The notes beneath the pieces were generated by a model. That model was not told the origin of the DNA and searched no databases. It saw only the letters and a list, made by a program, of their open reading frames with translations. A stretch of 32,000 nucleotides of DNA from Erysipelotrichaceae bacterium (GTDB lineage: Bacteria > Bacillota_I > Bacilli_A > Erysipelotrichales > Erysipelotrichaceae). Of the stretch, positions 26,255-32,000 are shown in pieces. The stretch covers positions 210,001-242,000 of the forward strand of contig OY781039.1 of the NCBI GenBank assembly GCA_963676105.1, written 5' to 3'. The first letter of the stretch is position 1. Each line of letters opens with the position of its first letter. Position numbers and translations under genes: made by a program.

Positions 26255-26638
26255 ATGACAATAAAAGATGTAGCTGAAAAATTTGATTTAACTCAAGATA
26301 CCCTAAGATATTATGAAAAAGTTGGTTTGATCCCAAAGGTAAATCGAACATCTGGTGGTGTAAGAGATTATACCGAACAAGATATGCGCCATGTTGAATT
26401 TGTAAAATGCATGCGTCAAGCTGGATTAAGCATTGAAGTATTAGCACAGTATATTGCACTTTATCAAGAAGGTGAAAAAACCGCATCAGATCGACGTCAA
26501 ATTTTAGTAGATGAGCGTGAAAAATTAATGGATCGTATGGCTGAAATGCAAGAAACACTTGATCGTTTAGATTTTAAAATCAATAAATATGATCGCATCT
26601 TAAAAGGTGAAACTAAGATTAAAAAAGAAGACATTTAA
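26255..26638 (+). CDS. MerR-family transcriptional regulator (short, 127 aa)
   Basis: The N-terminus reads MTIKDVAEKFDLTQDTLRYYEKVGLI (winged HTH), followed by a coiled-coil dimerisation helix. An AAGAGGT RBS is present. It is divergent from the MATE gene. Confidence 0.88.
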   Translation: MTIKDVAEKFDLTQDTLRYYEKVGLIPKVNRTSGGVRDYTEQDMRHVEFVKCMRQAGLSIEVLAQYIALYQEGEKTASDRRQILVDEREKLMDRMAEMQETLDRLDFKINKYDRILKGETKIKKEDI

Positions 26639-26662
26639 AAAAATCGGTTACCCGATTTTTTC
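26637..26662. terminator. Bidirectional terminator between the merR-family gene and the rpiR-family gene
   Basis: AAAAAAATCGG-ttac-CCGATTTTTT, with A and T runs on either side. It overlaps both stop codons. Confidence 0.75.
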
Positions 26663-27508
26663 ATTTTCTAAATTTTCATTTGTTACACTTGATTGTTCAT
26701 GTGCGGATATCTGCTCATCATAATGTTTAACAAATAAGGCTGATTGAAGAACATCCATCACATAGTGAGTGGATATAGAGGTTGAAAGGTTATGATAATC
26801 AAGTTTACTCATACGGGAAACGATTCGTATTGTTTCAGTAACGTATTGATTTAAGGTTCGATTAGAGTAACCACTAATCGCAATTGTTGGAATATCTAAA
26901 GATTTTAAGCGACGAGCAACATCAATCATGAGTGAATTTTCACCAGTTGCGGATAAAATTATGCCAGCACTAGGGATATTATGTGTTTTTAAATGGGATA
27001 GATGTGTCCACAATGGTGAACTATAAGCTATCGCATTAATGCCTATTTCTTGGAATTTATATTGATAAGTTAAAGCTAAAGAAAAATTAGCTCCTGTTCC
27101 ATAAATCCCCACATGTTGAGCGCGTTGAAGGATATTTATACATCGAATAATCGTAGAACGATCTAAATTGCTTTTAGTGAGTTCTAATGTTTTCGCATAA
27201 ATTGAAGGTAAACGATGAATGATCTCATCAATATTAGTTTCTCGACTGAATGGGATATCGTTCTTGTTTTCATTTAGTTGTAACATTTGTGGGTATTCTG
27301 AAATATAGGTATATTTAAAATCTGAAAAACCACGGGTACCTGCTTTTTTACATAAACGCACAATAGTTGAGGTAGATGTAAAACTTGCGAGTGCTAAATC
27401 TGAGATGGACATACTTAAAAGATCACGTGGATGATCCAGTAAGTAATTGACTACCGCTTTTTCTTGGTAGGTTAAATTGTTCAGTTCTTTGATTCGATCT
27501 AATAACAT
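26648..27508 (-). CDS. RpiR/MurR-family transcriptional regulator (HTH + SIS domain)
   Basis: The N-terminus MLLDRIKELNNLTYQEKAVVNYLLDHP…STSTIVRLCKKAG is an HTH_6 domain. A SIS-like core follows (VGIYGTGANFSLA … ILSATGEN). The start is uncertain: ATG at 27508 is preferred over TTG at 27538. Confidence 0.8.
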   Translation of the reverse strand: MLLDRIKELNNLTYQEKAVVNYLLDHPRDLLSMSISDLALASFTSTSTIVRLCKKAGTRGFSDFKYTYISEYPQMLQLNENKNDIPFSRETNIDEIIHRLPSIYAKTLELTKSNLDRSTIIRCINILQRAQHVGIYGTGANFSLALTYQYKFQEIGINAIAYSSPLWTHLSHLKTHNIPSAGIILSATGENSLMIDVARRLKSLDIPTIAISGYSNRTLNQYVTETIRIVSRMSKLDYHNLSTSISTHYVMDVLQSALFVKHYDEQISAHEQSSVTNENLENEKIG

Positions 27509-27549
27509 ATGTACTCTAATTTTAACAAGGTTCGTCAAGTTTTAAAATA

Positions 27550-28002
27550 TCAATTGTTAGTGAACCATAAATTCATTTCGCGTTTTGCGTTTTTATTTGA
27601 GTCAGATGCATGTATTAAATTATTCAACATGCGTTTTTCTTGACCACTTTTTTCATAGGAATCATTGCCATATTTTCCTCGTATACTTTGTGGATCTGCG
27701 TCAACAGGATTTGTTTTACCTAAGAATTCTCTAAAGTCATCAACCGTAGAATCCTTCTCTGATTTAAGTTTCATAATCCATACTTTTTTATTCACAAAAG
27801 CTTTGAGAATGCGATTTTTAAAATCAGGAATGGGTACACGATCAATCACTTCAGCATAATGTTTTAGGATAATCTCTTCTGAGACGATCACTTCTTTTTT
27901 TTCGATAATAGTAAAGCCATGATCTTTGATTTCATTGAGTAAAGTGTCTTCTAAATGTCGCTCAAAACAATCTGGTTTAAACATAATAAATGTTTCTGCC
28001 AT
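27550..28002 (-). CDS. ndk: Nucleoside diphosphate kinase family protein (divergent)
   Basis: Contains FIMFKPD, HYAE, LGKTNP, SIRGKYG, the active-site NLIHASDS and EMNLWF. An AAGGAG RBS is present. An extra segment precedes the catalytic His. Confidence 0.7.
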   Translation of the reverse strand: MAETFIMFKPDCFERHLEDTLLNEIKDHGFTIIEKKEVIVSEEIILKHYAEVIDRVPIPDFKNRILKAFVNKKVWIMKLKSEKDSTVDDFREFLGKTNPVDADPQSIRGKYGNDSYEKSGQEKRMLNNLIHASDSNKNAKREMNLWFTNN

Positions 28003-28060
28003 ACTTAAGTCTCCTTATATTTTATGATACACAAGTTTTGATGTTCTTCAAAGCTATAAA

Positions 28061-28069
28061 TGTTATAAT
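28061..28069 (+). promoter_or_regulatory. Extended -10 element (TGtTATAAT)
   Basis: This is an exact TGnTATAAT match, 15 nt upstream of the ATG at 28085. No good -35 element is present. Confidence 0.4.
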
Positions 28070-28084
28070 CCTTTGCGTAGGAAT

Positions 28085-29257
28085 ATGAGTGAAGTTAAAA
28101 AGAAAAAACATCGTAAATTAAGAAAACAAGTTAAGATTTTCTTAATCTTTATATTATTACTAATCATTGGTGTACCACTAGGCTTTGTAGGCGCACACTA
28201 TTATGAGATAAGTCAAAAAGAAACGGCTTATCAATTAGTTGTGGATGGTACGGTTTTAAGTACTTTAAGTTCTAAGGAAGATTTAGAAAGTTTAATCAAA
28301 GATCACATTAGCACCTATACCTCTGCGACCAGTTTAAAACGAGTGGATGCAGAGATTTCAACCGTTCAAGATATTCAAATTGTTGAGACTAAAATTGAAG
28401 AGGGAAGTGCTGATAGCTTAGAAAATGTGAGTGCTTATATTAATCAATTAGAAGCAGAAGCAGATATCTATACTGTTCAATCAGGTGATAACTTATGGAA
28501 TATTGCGCAAAGTACGGATATTACACTATCTCAAATTATTAAATACAACCCAGCCATCGATCCAGATCATATTTGGCCAGATGATGAAATTTTATTTGAA
28601 CCTGAAAATCCAATGATTGATGTGTCAGTGCGTTTTGAAGAAAAAACAGTTGAAGATGTCATGTACCCAACAGAATATATTTATGATGATTCCTTGTATA
28701 CTTCACAACGGGTAGTGGTTCAAAAAGGTGAAATGGGTCGAAAGATTGTGACCTATGCGATTGAACAAATCAATGGTTATGAAGAAGATCGATATACTGT
28801 TCAAGAAACAGAAGTTGTTTCCCCCACCAAAGCGATAGTCAGAGTTGGCACAAAACGTACGTTAGTTCGAACATCTAGTACGAATTTTGGTGTAACAACT
28901 GGTCGATTTACAAGTGCTTATGGTTATCGTATCCATCCAATTACAGGTGTTCGAACATTCCATGATGGAATTGATATCGCATCTTATACAGGAACCAACG
29001 TTTATGCATATACAGATGGTGTGGTCACAACGGTTGGTTATGATCGTTATTATGGAAGATATATAGTGATTAATCATGGTGGTGGACTAACAACCATATA
29101 TAAACACTTAGATTCATACCTCGTTAAATTAGGACAAAGTGTGAGTGTTGGTGATCATATTGGTGAAATGGGGAATACTGGTTTTAGTACAGGGTCACAT
29201 TTACACTTTGAAGTTAGAGTGAATGGGGCAACAAGAAATCCACTCGACTATATCTAA
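28085..29257 (+). CDS. Peptidoglycan hydrolase: TM anchor + LysM + G5 + M23 metallopeptidase
   Basis: A basic N-terminus is followed by a TM segment (IFLIFILLLIIGVPLGFVGA). The LysM domain is YTVQSGDNLWNIAQSTDITLSQIIKYNP. A G5-like segment ends in IVRVGTK. The M23 motifs are HDGIDIA and GNTGFSTGSHLHFEV. Confidence 0.88.
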   Translation: MSEVKKKKHRKLRKQVKIFLIFILLLIIGVPLGFVGAHYYEISQKETAYQLVVDGTVLSTLSSKEDLESLIKDHISTYTSATSLKRVDAEISTVQDIQIVETKIEEGSADSLENVSAYINQLEAEADIYTVQSGDNLWNIAQSTDITLSQIIKYNPAIDPDHIWPDDEILFEPENPMIDVSVRFEEKTVEDVMYPTEYIYDDSLYTSQRVVVQKGEMGRKIVTYAIEQINGYEEDRYTVQETEVVSPTKAIVRVGTKRTLVRTSSTNFGVTTGRFTSAYGYRIHPITGVRTFHDGIDIASYTGTNVYAYTDGVVTTVGYDRYYGRYIVINHGGGLTTIYKHLDSYLVKLGQSVSVGDHIGEMGNTGFSTGSHLHFEVRVNGATRNPLDYI

Positions 29258-29297
29258 TCAATTGACCAAAACCATTAAACTGACTAAACTAGATTTA

Positions 29298-30197
29298 ATG
29301 GATGAAAAAAGATACAAAACAATTCAAAAAACATTGGCAGCTATTTTAGGTTTAAACCTTTTAGTTGCCATTTTTAAAATCATAATTGGAACACTAACAC
29401 AATCCTCCGCGATACTAGCTGATGGTTTTCATTCGATATCAGATGGAAGTGGAAATGTGATTGGCTTAGTCGCTATGAAATTCGCTTCTAAACCTGAGGA
29501 TGAAGATCATCCATATGGTCATCAAAAAATTGAGATGTTAGGGAGTTTTATTATAGTCATCATCTTAACTTTCTTAGGTTTTGAAATCATCATGAATGCG
29601 ATTGATAAGTTTATTCATCCGGTTGATTTGAGTTTTACTGCTTTAAGTTTTGGAATCATGATTTTTACATTTATTGTGAACATTATTGTTTATAAAAGTG
29701 AGTATGCGATTGGGGTTAAGACCAATGCGACAATATTAAAAGTTGATTCCATGCATACAAAAAATGATTTGGTTGTAACCTTAGGTGTTATGGCAAGTAT
29801 GCTTTTAGTACAAGTGGGATTCCCAATTTGGATTGATCCACTGCTTTCCTTATTTATCGCGTTCTATATTTTTAAAGCCGCTTGGGAGATGTTTAGAGAG
29901 ATTTCACCTGTTTTATTAGATGAACAAGTTATTTCAAATGAAGACATACAGCGTTTACGTGATAACTTTCAACAAATTAAAGAAATTCATAAAGTTCGAT
30001 CACGAGGAACAAATGATAGTTTATTAGTAGATATGCATGTGGTCATTGATCCACAAACAACGGTATTGGTCGCCCATGATTTATCGCATAAAATAGAAGC
30101 TTTTATAGATTCACAATATCCTGATAAAAAAGTATCAGTAATATGTCATATTGAACCTTTTGATGAAGTATTTGATCAAAATAGAAAGAAGAAATGA
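29298..30197 (+). CDS. Cation diffusion facilitator (CDF) metal efflux transporter
   Basis: Contains the TM2 motif ADGFHSISDG, DHPYGHQKIE, six TM segments and a C-terminal cytoplasmic domain. The start is uncertain. I took the ATG at 29298, which has no clear RBS. The track start at 29223 overlaps the M23 gene by 35 nt. Confidence 0.8.
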   Translation: MDEKRYKTIQKTLAAILGLNLLVAIFKIIIGTLTQSSAILADGFHSISDGSGNVIGLVAMKFASKPEDEDHPYGHQKIEMLGSFIIVIILTFLGFEIIMNAIDKFIHPVDLSFTALSFGIMIFTFIVNIIVYKSEYAIGVKTNATILKVDSMHTKNDLVVTLGVMASMLLVQVGFPIWIDPLLSLFIAFYIFKAAWEMFREISPVLLDEQVISNEDIQRLRDNFQQIKEIHKVRSRGTNDSLLVDMHVVIDPQTTVLVAHDLSHKIEAFIDSQYPDKKVSVICHIEPFDEVFDQNRKKK

Positions 30198-30838
30198 TGA
30201 TTTTAGAAATGATATCTGATTATAGTTGTCCGTTTTGTTATTTGGCAGAAGTACGACTCAATAAAGTCTTAAGAGAACTCAATGCAAAGATTGATGTGAA
30301 ACATACAACCTACCAGTTAGATGAACATGCGCCAAATATCAATCGTTTAAACGCCTATGAAGTCTTTGCGCAAAAATATGAGGTCGATATTGAATTGGCT
30401 AAACAACAAATGTCTCCTTTAGAAGCTAAGGCAAAAACTATGGGTCTAATCATTGATTACTCAAAAGTACAGTCAACTAACACCTTCTTAGCTCACCGCT
30501 TTGCGAAAGCCTATGAAAAGAAAATCGGAAAAAAGGATATTCATCTTAAACTTTATCAAGCCTACTTTGAAAAAGGCTATAACTTAAGCGATAAGAATGA
30601 CTTACTAAAAGTCGGAATGGATTGTGACTTAAGCGAAGAGGAAGCTTTAGAGCTTATTAACGACTCTTCAACCCTTGTGGAATGTTTAAATGATTTAAAA
30701 ATGATTTCTCAAAAACAAATTCAAGGTATTCCTCAATTATTTCATAAAGGTGAGCGCTTAATTAAGGGTTTAGTGGAAGAAAATATCTATAAAGAAAAGA
30801 TTACTTCTGCTTATTTAAAACTTATGGAAAATCAATAA
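30194..30838 (+). CDS. DsbA/FrnE-like thiol-disulfide oxidoreductase (thioredoxin fold)
   Basis: The CPFC active site lies at residues 12-15 (DYSCPFCY). There is no signal peptide. It forms an ATGA overlap with the CDF stop. Confidence 0.8.
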   Translation: MMILEMISDYSCPFCYLAEVRLNKVLRELNAKIDVKHTTYQLDEHAPNINRLNAYEVFAQKYEVDIELAKQQMSPLEAKAKTMGLIIDYSKVQSTNTFLAHRFAKAYEKKIGKKDIHLKLYQAYFEKGYNLSDKNDLLKVGMDCDLSEEEALELINDSSTLVECLNDLKMISQKQIQGIPQLFHKGERLIKGLVEENIYKEKITSAYLKLMENQ

Positions 30839-30862
30839 GCGAACTTAATTCGCTTTTTGTTT
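30837..30862 (+). terminator. Intrinsic terminator
   Basis: AAGCGAA-cttaa-TTCGCTT is followed by TTTGTTT. It starts in the stop codon of the DsbA-like gene. Confidence 0.65.
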
Positions 30863-30890
30863 GGACTTTCATGTTTTACAATAGACTTAG

Positions 30891-31502
30891 ATGAATACGA
30901 TTAAAACAATCTTATTTGATATGGGAAATGTATTAGTGGATTTTACCCCAAATCGTTTTTGTGCTGAAGTGAGTGATGATTTGAAAGAAATCGAACATCT
31001 TTCAAATGGAATCTTTTATACCAAAGCTTGGTTAGATTTAGATGAAGGACTCATTAGTGAAGATGAAGCATTGTTTGAAATTTTAAAGAACTTTGACTTG
31101 GATGAACATGAAAAAGTTAAAAAGATTTTTAATTCATGGGATGAATGGATGCATGAAAAACAAGGCATGAATGAAATTATTAAAAACCTAAAAGAAAAAG
31201 GTTATCAATTGATTCTTGCCTCAAATGCAGCGCTTAGGTACCATCGATATATACATCGAATTAAGATATTTTCTTATTTTGATGAGATTGTTTATTCTTG
31301 TGATATTAAATGTTTAAAACCAGATTTAAAGTTTTTTAAACATATTTTAGAAACCTATCATTTGAATCCAAAAGAAACATTTTATATTGATGATAGTTAT
31401 GCCAATATCAAATCAGCTCAAGAGTTAAGTATATTAACCTATCATTTTATTGGTGATGTTGAATCATTTAAAGAAACTTTAAACCAAACGAAAATTTTAT
31501 AG
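30891..31502 (+). CDS. HAD-superfamily hydrolase (YihX-like subfamily IA)
   Basis: Motif I is ILFDMGNVLVDF, a DxG variant as in YihX-type phosphatases. ASN, K…YIDDS are also present. TACAAT lies at 30877-30882, only 8 nt upstream of the ATG, with no Shine-Dalgarno. Confidence 0.8.
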   Translation: MNTIKTILFDMGNVLVDFTPNRFCAEVSDDLKEIEHLSNGIFYTKAWLDLDEGLISEDEALFEILKNFDLDEHEKVKKIFNSWDEWMHEKQGMNEIIKNLKEKGYQLILASNAALRYHRYIHRIKIFSYFDEIVYSCDIKCLKPDLKFFKHILETYHLNPKETFYIDDSYANIKSAQELSILTYHFIGDVESFKETLNQTKIL

Positions 31503-31513
31503 GAGACCAAAAT

Positions 31514-32000
31514 ATGGAAATGTTTGATTTTTTATTACCTAAATTAGATTTGAATAAGAAACCACGATTAGCTGTTGCATGTGCAGCAGATCATGAAGTA
31601 TTAAGTGCTGTCTTTATGGCACTAAACGAAGGATTAATAGAAGCTACTTTAGTGGGTGAAAGGGTGATGATTGAATCCCTTGCCCATAAGTATCACTATG
31701 ATTTAAAACTATGTAGTATTCTAGATGAGGCTGATAATATATTGGCTTGTGAGAATGCAGTAAGACTAGTATCAGAGAAGAAAGCTGATTTCTTGATGAA
31801 GGGATTAGTGGATACAAGTATCTTGCTTAAAGCAGTTTTAAATAGAGATTGGGGTTTAAGAACTGGTAATGTTTTATCTCATGTGGCTGTTTTTTCTTTA
31901 AATGATGAAGAGCGTGTTTATGCGATAACAGATGGAGCGATGAATATTGCGCCTAATCTAGATCAAAAACGACAAATTATAGAAAACTCAATCCAAGTAA
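31514..32000 (+). CDS. ptb: Phosphate butyryl/acetyl-transferase, 5' part (runs off the right edge)
   Basis: This gene is not in the ORF track because it has no stop within the window. My own translation reads MEMFDFLLPKLDLNKKPRLAVACAADHEVLSAV…ADFLMKGLVDTSILLKAVLNRDWGLRTGNVLSHV…ITDGAMNIAPNLDQKRQIIENS, which matches the Ptb/Pta family pattern. An AGGAGA RBS lies 7 nt upstream. Confidence 0.75.
   Translation, partial: MEMFDFLLPKLDLNKKPRLAVACAADHEVLSAVFMALNEGLIEATLVGERVMIESLAHKYHYDLKLCSILDEADNILACENAVRLVSEKKADFLMKGLVDTSILLKAVLNRDWGLRTGNVLSHVAVFSLNDEERVYAITDGAMNIAPNLDQKRQIIENSIQV

Noticed and set aside
29258-29297. Looked for a czcD (NiCo) riboswitch upstream of the CDF gene, since that motif is known in related low-GC lineages
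   Set aside because: The gap is only about 40 nt of AT-rich sequence with no stem-forming GC-rich element, which is too short for the roughly 90-nt four-way-junction RNA.
1-32000. Alternative genetic code (TGA = Trp, Mollicutes-like), considered because of the low GC content
   Set aside because: TGA closes several well-defined genes at the expected family length: the left-edge ORF, purN, the multicopper oxidase and ndk. No good gene needs read-through of a TGA.
1-32000. Mobile elements, prophage or defence islands, CRISPR arrays, tRNA or rRNA genes, and long direct or inverted repeats
   Set aside because: I saw no transposase, integrase or recombinase motifs, no repeat-spacer periodicity and no cloverleaf-like GC-rich segments. 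Intergenic regions are short and are accounted for by promoters and terminators. I cannot exclude short dispersed repeats without a computational self-alignment.

Overview
This is a low-GC (roughly one-third G+C) Bacillota-type chromosomal segment. It uses the standard bacterial genetic code: TGA terminates purN, the multicopper oxidase and ndk, so it is not Mollicutes code 4. The core is a nine-gene purine biosynthesis operon, purE-purK-purL-purC-purF-purM-purN-purH-purD (2.5-14.2 kb). It sits behind a guanine-class purine riboswitch with its own terminator, and purL is the single-chain ~1220-aa form. After the operon come:
- an LDH-family dehydrogenase
- a copZ plus multicopper-oxidase pair behind a CsoR-type operator
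- a bactofilin and a divergent zinc-ribbon protein
- an isolated pyrR
- a TetR-headed ABC exporter operon (ATPase, two permeases, a 64-aa membrane peptide)
- a second, divergent ABC exporter
- an MscS channel
- a MerR/MATE divergent pair with a textbook 19-bp-spacer promoter
- an RpiR regulator with a divergent ndk-like gene
- a LysM-G5-M23 peptidase, then a CDF transporter and a DsbA-like protein
- a YihX-like HAD hydrolase
- a truncated phosphate butyryltransferase at the right edge, which is missing from the ORF track

I found no tRNA or rRNA genes, CRISPR arrays, transposases, integrases or phage genes. I also found no convincing multi-gene novel system. The best leads are single genes or small modules: a dead-GGDEF/LuxR fusion regulator, the orphan copZ-MCO module, the apparently leaderless zinc-ribbon gene opposite the bactofilin, the TetR-ABC operon with its small membrane peptide, and atypical LDH and NDK family members. 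All function calls come from motifs read by eye in the translations. Coordinates of non-coding features may be off by 1-2 nt.
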